Shown here: positions 29,513-42,000 of the stretch, in pieces | Layout of the letters: every line of letters begins with the position of its first letter | Position numbering within the stretch: the stretch's first letter is position 1 | DNA from: a virus | Length of the DNA: 64,000 bases | Reading direction: 5' to 3' (one strand) | IMG/VR virus record: IMGVR_UViG_3300049491_000465 | Span: 1 to 64,000 of that record | Made by a program: the position numbers and the translations under genes | The notes under the pieces: generated by a model | What the model was told of the DNA's origin: nothing | What the model saw: only the letters and a program-made list of their open reading frames with translations | The model's database searches: none

Positions 29513-30988
29513 ATGAGTATCTTGAAAATGTCATACGGAACAATACCTGGTAATGGTCATCATAAGTCTGATGATAAGGTTATGAATGCAGGTCCCGGAC
29601 ATGTTGTTCCAGGGGAAAATCTTCATGTGGCTAAAAGACTTGTTTCTGATATGGGATATGATCCTGATGCAAGTGTTGATCTTAATCAAGGTAGAGGGAA
29701 TGGTCAGAACATAAAGATCAGTTCCGGTGAATTCTTCATGAATGAACAACAAGTTGAGGAGTTGAGAAATAAAGGGGTTAATCCTGAATCTCTGTCTCCG
29801 AACTCAAAGTATAATCAAAGCGGAAACAATATGAACGGTGGTCCAAACGCTTATGCTTCAGGGGGTATGACTCTCTATGAGCTAATGATGAATAACAATA
29901 ATCAGTATCCATCATATCAAGATGCTGGGTCTACCGATCCATTAAAAGATCCTTGGGAACAAAGGCCGGCTAATGAAATTCTAATGCCTCCAGGAGCTAC
30001 TGCTGATCAAGGTTCAGAACTTCCATCTGCACCAAGAGATATGAAAGAAAACTTTCCTATCAGTACAGAGATGCAGGTTCTTGATCCTAACTCATGGAGT
30101 CCAAACATTCCAGATTATGATCCTTTAAGAGAACCATGGGAACAATTACCTGCTGGAGAAATATTATCACCTGGAAATCCAGATCAAGGATCTGATTTAC
30201 CAATAACTCCAGGTAATTTAAGAGAACCATACAATCTTGGACCAAAACCTTTTGAAGCAGAAAAACCTGCTGGAAAAAGTCCTGAAGATATTTACTTACA
30301 AGATTTGCTTCATAAGAACAAGAAGTCAGCAGACAAGGAGGTTCTTGCAAATATGGCTATGTTTGGCTGGAATGCTTCAAGAGGTAGAATGCCTGGTGAA
30401 CAGCCAAAAATGGTTCATATGAGAGAGGCTGTTCGTGATTACCAAGGTATGAAGAATCTTGCTGCTGGAGATCTTGAGAGAGCTGAAAGACGAAACGCTT
30501 ACACATTGAAACAACTTGGTGCTCCAGAAAAGATTGTTGGTCTTCATGCGAATACCATCCAAGGTGCAAACAAGATCAATGAGTCTATCTGGGATATGCA
30601 AGGACAGGATTCTATGCAGAATGCCGGTGTAGCAAATCAGGTTCGTATGGATTACGAGAATGCTATGCGTCAATACCGAGCTAATGAATCTGCTGCAACA
30701 CAGAATTTCAGAGATATGAAAGGTAAAAACATGGCTGAAAATGTTGCTCAAACATTCGATGTTCGTGATAATGAACTCTCAAATGAAACTACTCTTCGTG
30801 GATACAAGAAGAATCAAGAGATGGATGAGCTGGATCGTCAGTACAACACATTGAGCAAAAATGCATTTCAAGGTAAATATTTTAGTAGACAAGATTGGTA
30901 CAAAATGACTCCTGATCAGAGATCTAAATATATAAAGACATCTGATGAGCATACAGCAAAAATGAAAGGCTCAACTAATCAGGGCTAA
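29513..30988 (+). CDS. putative ejection (cargo) protein
   Basis: G.G..KSDD...ISSGEFFM motif as in tape-measure/ejection proteins; YASGG motif; internal duplication; no Cys. Confidence 0.55.
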   Translation: MSILKMSYGTIPGNGHHKSDDKVMNAGPGHVVPGENLHVAKRLVSDMGYDPDASVDLNQGRGNGQNIKISSGEFFMNEQQVEELRNKGVNPESLSPNSKYNQSGNNMNGGPNAYASGGMTLYELMMNNNNQYPSYQDAGSTDPLKDPWEQRPANEILMPPGATADQGSELPSAPRDMKENFPISTEMQVLDPNSWSPNIPDYDPLREPWEQLPAGEILSPGNPDQGSDLPITPGNLREPYNLGPKPFEAEKPAGKSPEDIYLQDLLHKNKKSADKEVLANMAMFGWNASRGRMPGEQPKMVHMREAVRDYQGMKNLAAGDLERAERRNAYTLKQLGAPEKIVGLHANTIQGANKINESIWDMQGQDSMQNAGVANQVRMDYENAMRQYRANESAATQNFRDMKGKNMAENVAQTFDVRDNELSNETTLRGYKKNQEMDELDRQYNTLSKNAFQGKYFSRQDWYKMTPDQRSKYIKTSDEHTAKMKGSTNQG

Positions 30989-31018
30989 AATAATGTTGCT
31001 AAATAATTCGTTTTTAAG

Positions 31019-31026
31019 TAGATTTG
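31019..31026 (+). promoter_or_regulatory. Bacteroidota-type -7 promoter element TAGATTTG
   Basis: Matches TAnnTTTG in the gap before 31044 and the giant ORF. Confidence 0.55.
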
Positions 31027-31043
31027 ACAAAAAGAAATAGGTT

Positions 31044-32990
31044 ATGGCGTTAGTGGATTACATGGGTGATGCTCCTGGTTTTATGTCTTATAGAAGACAG
31101 CCTACTAAGAACATGACCGCTATACCACAGCGTCAAGTTCCTGCACAAAAGGAATTCAAACAAGAAGACTACGATATAAAAGCTGAAGGTCTCCCTGGTG
31201 ATAAACAAGTTGTTTATAATCAACAAAAATCATTTAATGATGGTCTTAAATCTTTATACAATCAGTATGGAGGTGAAATGGATTGGGTTACATCTGATCC
31301 AAGATACAAGGAACTTGTTAAATCCCAGGCTTACGCTGTTTATTCTGCTGATGCCGCTGTTCATAACGAAGAGAATGTTAAGGCAAGAAAAACAAAACTA
31401 AACGACGAGAATAGCGGTCATCATGGTAGTGATTTAGAGCTTGTCAGAAATCAAGATGGAACAATGTCTCCTAAAATAGGAGGCTTAGAGTCCGGTTACT
31501 TGAATAAAGAACAATTCGTTCAGCATGTAAGTGAAAATCCTAATTACAAAGAAATGCCTGATGGAAGTCTTGGTATTGGATATGTTGATTTCGATGAATC
31601 GGTTGGTTCAGGAAAAGCTTTTCACGAGATGCTTGATGGTGTTTATAAAGGAGGTGCATTAGGTGTAACAAGAAATGCAAGAAGTCTATCTGAGACTGAG
31701 AACACGAAAGTTACTGAAGGAATGAATTTTGCTGTGAATCATTTTGTGAAACATGGTAGGGATTATTCAGCAAATTTTGATCAATTACAAGATGCAACAG
31801 ACTATTTATTAAGATATGGAATGAATGAAAGTCAAGAGACTTTTCTTTGGCAATCATTTTTTAAAGACGCTCAAAAGGGACGAGAATTCAATATGCCTAA
31901 ATTGGATGAGAATGGTAAAGTCGTAACTAAAGATGGTCAAATGGTTATGGATAAAATCTATCCTACTGATGCAGATCTAAATGATCCTGCAAAGAAAAAG
32001 GTTTTATTCAACGTATATGTTCAAGATAGAATAATAGATTATTCTAAAAAATTCAAAACATCAAGTTCGGAAAGAGATGATCAAGAGCGTTTTGGTTATC
32101 AAAATTTTGATCCAGGAACAGGTCAGCCAATAGTTAATCAACAACTTCCTTGGTGGGCTAATGTTCAGTCAGGTCAAGGACCTGCCGGTGAAGGATTTAA
32201 AAAGAAAGAAACATACCCAACCTCTTCAACAAGTGCATATAGTCCAAGTTTATCTGGAAATCCAGAGAAACTCGAAGGAGATGTAATTGTTTATAATAGA
32301 TCAAATACTTCAAGTCAGTATATGGATCAAGCGGAAAAATCACTAATAGGAAATACTCTTGGGGAGATATCCGATGGAGGTCATTTTTTTGTAGGTAAAC
32401 ACCGCCAACCATTAGGAGGATTAAAAGATGTTACTATTTCTAAAGTAAAAGATATCCGACAAGTTCCAAGCGGAAAAATGGTAAAAGATCCTAAGACAGG
32501 AAAAATGGTTCCTGGAACAACTTGGGCTGCAAGAGTATTTATTGCTGCTGATGATGATTCTGATCTATTTGACAACTTAGAATATTGGGATGGAGCTGAT
32601 GGTTCTATAAAACCAATTGCTACCGAAGGATTTTTCGGAACGGATTACAATGATGAGCAAGCTCAACATATGGGTTATATTGTGGAAATGGATCGTTCTA
32701 TTGCTGAAAGTGATAAACTAATCATTAATGGTGACGAAGGTTCTTCATTGGGTGGTGGATCTCTTCTTGGAGGTGGAAGTGGAAAAGTTAAAGGTATTTG
32801 GGCTGATATTCCTGTTTCAGGTTATACAATGGCTGGATTCGATCAAGCTGGTAGACCTGAGAGTCAAAAATGGAGATCAGAAAAAATACAAGTTGGTGCT
32901 AGTCAAAAAGCTCACGCTATTCATAACGCTCAAAACCAGAGAAGTCAATATGGACAATCTTCAGGTGCGGTTTGGGTTCCGAAAAAATAA
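31044..32990 (+). CDS. putative ejection (cargo) protein
   Basis: 648 aa, no Cys; precedes the virion RNAP gene. Confidence 0.55.
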   Translation: MALVDYMGDAPGFMSYRRQPTKNMTAIPQRQVPAQKEFKQEDYDIKAEGLPGDKQVVYNQQKSFNDGLKSLYNQYGGEMDWVTSDPRYKELVKSQAYAVYSADAAVHNEENVKARKTKLNDENSGHHGSDLELVRNQDGTMSPKIGGLESGYLNKEQFVQHVSENPNYKEMPDGSLGIGYVDFDESVGSGKAFHEMLDGVYKGGALGVTRNARSLSETENTKVTEGMNFAVNHFVKHGRDYSANFDQLQDATDYLLRYGMNESQETFLWQSFFKDAQKGREFNMPKLDENGKVVTKDGQMVMDKIYPTDADLNDPAKKKVLFNVYVQDRIIDYSKKFKTSSSERDDQERFGYQNFDPGTGQPIVNQQLPWWANVQSGQGPAGEGFKKKETYPTSSTSAYSPSLSGNPEKLEGDVIVYNRSNTSSQYMDQAEKSLIGNTLGEISDGGHFFVGKHRQPLGGLKDVTISKVKDIRQVPSGKMVKDPKTGKMVPGTTWAARVFIAADDDSDLFDNLEYWDGADGSIKPIATEGFFGTDYNDEQAQHMGYIVEMDRSIAESDKLIINGDEGSSLGGGSLLGGGSGKVKGIWADIPVSGYTMAGFDQAGRPESQKWRSEKIQVGASQKAHAIHNAQNQRSQYGQSSGAVWVPKK

Positions 32991-33020
32991 TGTTTGTTTT
33001 GAATTTTAGAATAATTAAAT

Positions 33021-36000
33021 ATGGCAGAAGATCAATTATCGAATGAAGCTCAAGACTTAGAGCTTCCTCAAGATCCTATTCAGGAAACATCTGTTCCGGA
33101 ATCATCTATTCCAGAGGCAGATCCTCCAGTTAAAAAATCATATTCAGTTCCAAAAGAGCATGTTGACTTTTATGGATTAACATCCATATATGGAAATTCT
33201 GATGCTGATGTTTTTGAAATGCAAAAAACAAAACCTCAGAAGATATTATCCATGATGCCGAAGGAAGAGGCTTTCAAACATTATTCTGAAGAGGCTAAAC
33301 GAATGGGTCTTGATTGGACTCCAGAGAAATTCGAACAAGATTATTCTTTTCGTGAAAAACAATATGCTAATTATAAAAAAGGCGTGTTTGATCATGGTAC
33401 TGGATTTGACCATACATTCAATAGAAGTTGGTCGAATCTTTTCGCAGACATGATATCTCCATACGAATTCAATCCATCAAGTGCATGGGTAAAAGTCAAT
33501 CCTCTTGATACTCAATTTATACATGAAGACGGAGAGCTTAAACGTGTAAAAACAAAAGATGAATCCATGTATGATCTTGGGTTTGTTTTGACTGATATTC
33601 AAGGTGATAAAGTAAAAAACGTATATGGTGATTACGTTAAAAACGAAAGGAAATATAAAGAAATAGAGATCGGTGGAAGAAAAATGAGAGTTCTCGATCT
33701 TGAAGCTCATAAAGATGATTTCTTTAATACTTCAAGAAACAACCCTGGTCCTGAAGGGAATACTGTTCTTGTTGCTTCTGAACTTCCAGACGGAACTCCA
33801 GCTTGGAAAGAAGAGACCATCGGTAAAATATCCGGTAAAGTTCATAGTGATGAAGTTGCCAGTGTTTACGGGCCAAGATCAATGAGACAATCATGGCATG
33901 AAAATCTATGGATGGCTTCACTTCCAAATGCAGCAGCTTCTATTCAAACATCTATTGTCGGTTTTGCTGATTATATTAAAGATGCTTTTGGATATGGAAA
34001 TGTTTATCTAAAAAATATGACTGGCGGTATTGGATCGACAGAATCCATTAGTGCGTTATATCAGGCTGGAACACCAGACTGGTTAGATAAAGCAGATAAA
34101 GAGTATAGGGATCATGCTGCTTGGATGAAGCCTAAAGCACCAGAGAATGTTCGTGGTGCTGGTGCTTTTGATAGTGCTCAATCTTTCGCTTGGAGCGGAG
34201 GGGCTGTTGCTGGTGAATTAATTAAAATGATAGCAGCAAGAAACTTCTCTTCATGGGCTGGAAAAACAGTTGGCATGACTCAGATGGGTGCTGCTAAACT
34301 TGGAGGATACATGGGTTCTGGAACCATGGCTATTTCTGCTGCTGATCAATTTAAGCAATCAATGATTGATAATGGTATATCTGAGGATAATCAATTCCTT
34401 CTGTATGGTCCAGCATTAGTTTCTTCATTTTTTGTTGAACGACTTGGCGGTAACATCCTTGATGATGGACTCAAATCATTCTATGCTAAACAGAATGTTA
34501 AAAAATATGTTGATGAAGGGATTCAGGAACAAGTTAAATTGTTCGGATTAAAATCTGCTTCTGAAATGTCAAAAGAACAAGTTAGATCAACTGGTAAAGT
34601 TGTATGGAATAAGATTTTCGATGCAAGTAAGTCGATGGGTGCTTTAGGTGTTAAGGCCGCTGGTGTTGCTGAGAAATATGCCCCTATATCTATTAAAGCT
34701 GCATGGGAGGAAGGAATGGAAGAAGCTGTTGAAGGAAGGATTTATACTGCTTTAGAAACTATTCACGATATGCATCAGGCTCATGATGCAAGAATGGGTA
34801 AAGATCTTGATCGATACACATATTCTTCATCTCCAGATGAAAAGAATTTTTATGAGGTAGACCGTCTTACTGGAATCAAAAGAAAGATTAGTTCTGAAAC
34901 ATACGAAAAGATGTCTTCAGCTCAAAAGATTAAGCCTGGAAACGGAATGTTCGGAGAGTATAATCCTGAGCTTGGTCTTATTTCTAACTGGACAAATAGA
35001 GCTACCGAAGGTCTTGTTGAAGACTTTGTTCTTGGTGCTTTTGCTGGTGGATTAATGACTGGTGCTGGAAAGCTTACTAATGGAAAAGATGCTCAAAAAG
35101 AAAAAACTCTTCAAGATTATGTTGTCCGTGGAAATGGCGATATAATGAGAAGTAAGTTTGCAGAGATGCATGAGAAGGGTCTTTTTGGACCAACAGACAT
35201 AAACACTCAAGATAAAGTTCATAACCCTCAAGATGAGAATTCTTTAAGTCTTAATGACATGGGTTATCAAACTGCTTTGAAAGAACTTGAAGAAGCTGAA
35301 TTAACTTTTAAGTTAACTGGACTTGAAGGAGATGCTCTTAAAGAAATGATGGAGTCTGAATACGGACATTCTCTTCTGAAGGAGGCTTATAACAATGTGG
35401 GCAAACAAAGAGATCTTCAGTCTGAAATAGATGATATTAATAAAGAGATGTCTGAAACAACAGACCCTCAATTAATCAAGAATCTTCAAGAAAAAATTAC
35501 TGATAAAACAAGGTTAAAGGAAGACTTGAATATTCAGTTGGGAGAGATCAGATCTGGAGATCGTATGATTCAAAGTGTTTCTGATTACGCTATAAAAGAT
35601 TGGAGCTCACAAAACAATACTGGTATCATCGATCCTAATGGAAATAAAGTAACTCCTGGTATAGCAGAATTGAAAAACGTAAGTGATCGTTACGATTCTA
35701 AGAAAGCTGCTGAGATTGAAAAAATAAATGAAGCGAAATCAAAAAGAGTACAGCTTGAAAATGAGGTCGGTTCTTTTTCTAAATCAAAAATAGATCCATT
35801 AAGTGCTGAATCAAATGTTTTTGAAAAGATCTCTGATATTCAGATAAAAGCTTCTGAAGTTGGTTTATCTGAATCCGGAACTAAATCAATGATGGATAAA
35901 CTTCAAGGTATTCGAAAAGATATTTTGAGAGGTATCGATCAATTTTTTACAGCGGAACAAATAACTGAAGCAGAAACGTCTCCTGATGAAGAAGCATTAA

Positions 36001-39000
36001 TGACTATGGCTAAATCTGGAATAGCTGGTTCTGATGCTGAAAAGATTGCTAAAACTTATGATGATCTTGATAGATCAATTAAGTCATTCAATGTTGATAA
36101 GAAGCCGGAAATAAAAAAAGATGACTTTGTTCAATGGACTCAATCTGGTCAATCACAATTTGATCAACCCAGAAAAGTTACGAAGATTTCTGATGACGGT
36201 GAATTTGGATTTGTAGAAGGATCTGATACTGGAATTCCTATTTCTCAATTACATGATCCAAATTACACAGGGGGTCGTGTTCGTGGATCTATTCCTGAAT
36301 CTTTTGATGAATCTACATTTAAAAGAAACTTCTACGACACTTATATTGATACTCAAGGAAATGAGGTTAGTATCAATCAAACAATGTCAGATCTCGCAAG
36401 TAGAAAAATGAATAGTGAAGATGAGAAGACTATTGAACTTTTGAATCAAGCTATTTCAAATAATGATTACCTGGCAAATGTTAATCACAATGTTTTAAAG
36501 GATCTTTCAAGCAGTAAAGATATTAATCTTGGTAAATACAAGCCTTCAGATGAGTCTATCTTAAATGATGATGAGTATAAAGCTGTAATAAATGATCTTG
36601 CAGATAAAAAGAATAGACTTAGAGATCTTTCTGAAGTTCAAAAAAAGGATGCTAATAACAAAAAGAATAGAGAGGGAAAGCTTCGTTATAACGATTACAA
36701 AATGCGTAATGACATTCTTGTTCTCGCATCTAATGTTGAGCATATTTCTCTTGATTCAAGAAACGAAATAGCAAGATTAAAAGCTCAGATATCAGAAGCT
36801 TTAGATTTGATTAAAGATAGTTATAGTAGTGAAAAGCAATACAAAAGAGAATATCTTGATCAAGTCGATCCGTTACTTGTAAAGGCTGAAACTATTCTTC
36901 ATTATGAATTTAATGGAGATAATAGAATTGAAATAATTGAAGGTATAACTGCTCAGTTTAAGCAGTATAAAGGATATGGTCCTTACAAGTCTCAAATCTA
37001 TCACAACGCAAGTGAGTTTGTAATGCATGATTTTGAAAATGTTTTTGATTACAGTTCTTTTAGTGAACAGGTGGTTAACAACGGAAAATCTAAAGGGGCT
37101 GCTTTTATGGCTAACATTCAGTTTGCCAATACATATTTCACAAATCATCTTCAAACTATTGATCGATTGGATCCTAAAAGATTCTTTGATTTTTATGCGA
37201 ATTCTGTTGCTGGATTAGATTTAGAATCAGGTCAAGTTCCTTCTTATGAACAGATTAAATCGATCTATCATACTACTGCATTCATGTCAAATCAGAAGAC
37301 TGATCTTCTTTGGAAGGTTCAGGATATTCTCACTGGTGCAAAGAATGAGAAGTCAAAGGAGATGCATTTCAATAGAGCATTATTTCTTCGTGGATTTGCT
37401 GGAACCGGAAAGACATCTTTAGTAATTAAATATGCTTCGAACATATTCTCTGATATGAACCAGAGAGATTTGGTTATAGATGTTGTTGCACCAAGTACAG
37501 AGCTTCAAAAATCATTGAGTTCAAATCTTGTTTCCTTTAGATCAAATTCTACTAATCCGAGTATGGATTATTATTCATTAGTTGATCACATCTTAAACCC
37601 TAAGTCAACTATTGACAAAACAGATTTGATTATAATTGATGAGGCATCTAATTTAAGCAAGAGTCAATTGAAAGATCTTAGAACTGCATTGAGCAAGTCT
37701 CGTGCAAGCAAAAGACTTTCTGTAATATTCCTTGGTGATCAGTCTCAAATGACATCTGTAAACAGTACAGTGAATGAGCTTGTTGCTGTTGAGAGAATCA
37801 TGGAAAGAACAATGCCTACAACTGAGGTATTTCGTTCTGGTGCTGCTGACATTAGTAATCTTCAGAACTCATTCCGTAGCTCAACATTCCAGAGAAAAGA
37901 AGCGATTCTTCCGAAAGGAACTTACGATAAGGAAAAGAACAATGGTCTTCATTATTTTGGAGGTACAAAAAAAGAAATGTACGATCAATTCATTTCTGAC
38001 TTAAACGACGGTGGTGACTTTAAAAAGAACAACACAGCATTGATTGTTTACAAGAAATCTGATCGTGAAGCTGCTATGAATTATGTTCGTAAAGCTTTAA
38101 AGGATGGATCTTTTGATCTTGATTCAAAAATCAAAACAATTGAAGAGGGTGAATTCTCTGCTCAAGGTCTTGGGTATGGAAGAATTTATGTAGCAATTGA
38201 TCAAGCTGATGCTGCTCATTTGTATAACCCAGCAATGCTCACTGCTATTTCCAGAGCAAAAAGAATTGATGATGAACATAATGGTTTTGCTTCAGTTCTT
38301 TCCACAAGAGGATTTAGCCAGGAAGGATCTCCTCTTATTGTTGAAACAAAAACTGCTTCTGCTGAAGATATTGAACGTCACAAATCTTGGGTATCATCTA
38401 TCATAGGTATGCCTGTTGAGTCTTCTGACAAAGCACAAAAAGAAGCTTCATCTACAATTTCTGATGTTACCAGTGCAAACTTCAATTCATTAAAATCGAA
38501 CCTTAGTTCCATTTTAGGAAAAGGAAAAATTGAATTTACTGAAGGAGGCTTTATTGCTGATGGATTAAGATTCAGATACAAAATAAAAAACAAACCGGTT
38601 CAATCTGTAACTCAAAAATTATCTTCAGCAACATCTCAATCTGAGACAGATAGAACATTGGATCCTCATGCTAAAAGAGGAAATGCTGTTCATAGAATTG
38701 TTGAAGCACATTTGTTAAAGCAACAAAAGAAAGGTGGTAAACTGTTTACCAAACAAGATATTGATGCCATCAAAGGGTATGTGAAGAGTTATAACGATCA
38801 GGTAGCTAAATGGAATGAATTGGCTAAACCTGAATCAAGACTTCAAACTATCGATCTTAATAACGATGAGGCTACATTTGAGACTAATAAGTTTATCCAG
38901 GATGTGATAAGTAATGTTGCAATTCCTATTGCAAACAAACTTAATCAAGGAGGTAAGTATTCTATTCCGGAATCTGTTATTGGTATTTATTACAATGACA

Positions 39001-42000
39001 TTGCTGGAACCATTGATATTATCGATCATGTTGGAATGGATGGTGACATCCCTGTCGTTGACATTCTCGACATCAAAACACTCACTCCTTCAGCATACAA
39101 GTTTTTTGGTGATGGAAATGTTGAATCAAAATTAAAGCTTCCAATAATCACTTCTCCGACTGGTGAAACTTATGCGGCAAGCGGATTGAATAAGGCTCTT
39201 TCTCAATTAGCAACATACAAAGCTATGCTTGAGAATGGAGATACTGAGACTGGTTTTAAACCAATGAAAGTTCGTAACGTAACAATCATTAAATCAAGTT
39301 TGACCGGTGCAAATGAAGTGTCTTCAATTGTGAATGATGATTTTGTAACATACGATACTGAATCTTCTGACTTCAAGAAGTTTAAGGATTACGGTGATAT
39401 GACTGTAAGTAATGGTGTTATTCTTCAAAACAAGAATACTCGTAACTATGATCCAAGTGATGAAGCATTAGGTTCTTTGATAACGACTCCTGAAGGAAGT
39501 TCCGTTGAAGTTACTGGAAGCTTTAAAGATGTTGATGGAAATCAGTCTTATGAATTAAACAACGACATCAACAATCCTGTGTCTTCTGATAAGTTTTCCG
39601 AATTGGAGTTAAATAACATTTCTAAGGAAATATCCGAAGATCCAACAATGATGAATAGCGAGAGAGTTTACAAACGATCTGCTGTAAGTCATTCAAATGG
39701 AAACACTTTCTCTTTCTCTACCGCTTCAACTTCTGTTGATAATGGTAAGCCTGGATATGCAAATGATCACTTTAAATTCAAATCTGAATTCATGAAGGTC
39801 ATTGCTCCAAAGATGAATTTCGGTTCTCCAAATGCACCGAAAGTAAATATGGTATTCCATCCGGAGCTTCAGTTATTAAATGACAAAGGTGAACTACAAA
39901 TGTTCAAGAATGTTGTTGCTTCATACATATCTGAAGATTCTATTTCTGATATAGTTAAAGCCGCTAAGACTTTGCCTTGGGCTACTGGAATGACAGATGC
40001 TCAGATCATGAAGGAAATAAAAGATCGTAACTATTTGTTGCTTTCAACTCTTCCTCATCCTGATTCTAATTTCGGTAAAACAGAGCGTGATATCGATTAT
40101 ACCGATCAGGCACAAGTTCAGAAATTGATTGAAAGAATCAAGAATGGATTTACTACCGATGGTGTTGCTGATAAGTTCAAACCACAATTAGTTCAATACC
40201 ATACAGATCTTGTTTCATACAGATCTTTAGGTGCTAAGAATCCAGGTGAAGTATTTGCTACTGTTAAGCTCAAAGGTCTTTCTAATCCATCTGTAATCTA
40301 TGATGGAAAGCAAAGATCAATGGACTCTCTTCTTACAGGTTTAAGTGCTAAAGGATTCAAAATTGGAAAACCATACTTTGGATCAAAACTTTACCAAAAG
40401 GTAGATGCTAATGGTAAGGTTTCGAATATTGCATCTTGGGCCGTTGATGTATGGAGAGTTTCTCCTTCAGTTGATTCTTCAAGAATAATTTTAAGAACCG
40501 GTGAATTTGATGATAATCATTACAGTGAGTTAAAGAAAAATATTAGTGATTTAAGATCTAATAAAGCATTGACTCATGGTGAGATAAATCAATCATTGGC
40601 AATGGGCTTTATTCTTCAGAATAGATCATTCTTGATTGATCCAACAACCGGAAAATTAACAGAAGAGATTCCTGGATTATCAAACTTTATAAAAGTTGAT
40701 GGCCATACAATTGATCTTAATGTTGATGGTAAAAAAACAATTCCAGCATTAATCGATTCTTTATCAAAAGCTATTGACTTGTTGAATGGTTCAAGAAAAT
40801 CAAACAATAAAGTAGCCAAGAATTTACGTCAGTCAGTTCCTTTTGTGATTGGAGATAATAACATGCGTGTTATCCCTTCCGGAATGGAATCTAAGCTGTT
40901 CACATCTGCATCTGATGTTCATTCCTTTGGAATTGAATTAGGAATGTCTGTCGTTAAAACAGAATCAGAAACAGGTGTTTATGGAGGTATGACATCTCCA
41001 TCTAAAAGCGATGAGGATTTATTGAAAAACATGGGTATTATTGATCCTAATCCTAATAAGGGTGGTATAGCATTCATGGAAGATATTGAGGAAGAACCAG
41101 GCATTCCATTGAGCGGCCATGAGTCTTCTTCAGATCCGGATTCCACACCAGTAAATGAGAAGGATCGTACATTCTACGATTTTGCTACAAGATACTTTGG
41201 TGACATTCGTATTATGAATGAAATCAAAAAAGATGTTTCAAGAATACTGATCCAGAATTCAAATTACAATCGTGATTTGAATACTCCTACAATGTCTAAT
41301 ACTGACATGCTCGCAAAAGCTTGGGACCATTATTCAAGATTGTCTGCGTTGATCGCAAAAGATTACAGTTCTATTGATGTGAAGAGTGGTAACAATCATT
41401 ACACTAATCTTTCAGAAATCTCTGGAGATACGGCACATCTTTTATATGAGGATAAATCGGCATTTTCAAGATACTTCAATTATGCAGTAGGATCTGATCA
41501 AGAGTTATTTTTTGCTATTGTTGATCGTGCACTACCAAACTTGAATATCAAGAAAATGAATAAGCTTGATATTGGAGAAGCTCTTGCTTTAAGAATGAAC
41601 TCTTTCCTTGATCGTGATGCTGAAGGTGTTACAGAAGAAGAAAAGGATATCATGTCTGCCAATGAAAACAGTCAGACGAGTGTAATGGATAGTATTAATT
41701 CCAGAGCATTCACTGATACTCTTTCCGGGTTTGTTCATCTAATGAAAAACCATGTTAAGCTAAAGGAATACTCAATTGATCCTAAAACAGGTGATCTTGT
41801 TGGTTCTGAAACTGGAGGATATATTAATCCTAAAACTATCGAAAAATCACTTGTTGATTCAGCTCAAACATCTTCTCCATTAAAAGGAGACTTGATGGAA
41901 CAATGGGTTAATAATTTCTTAGAAATTGCTAATCGATCTGGAGTTGGTTCTCCGACGTACAATCACTTAATGAGTTTTCATGACGATTTCTTTGGAGATC

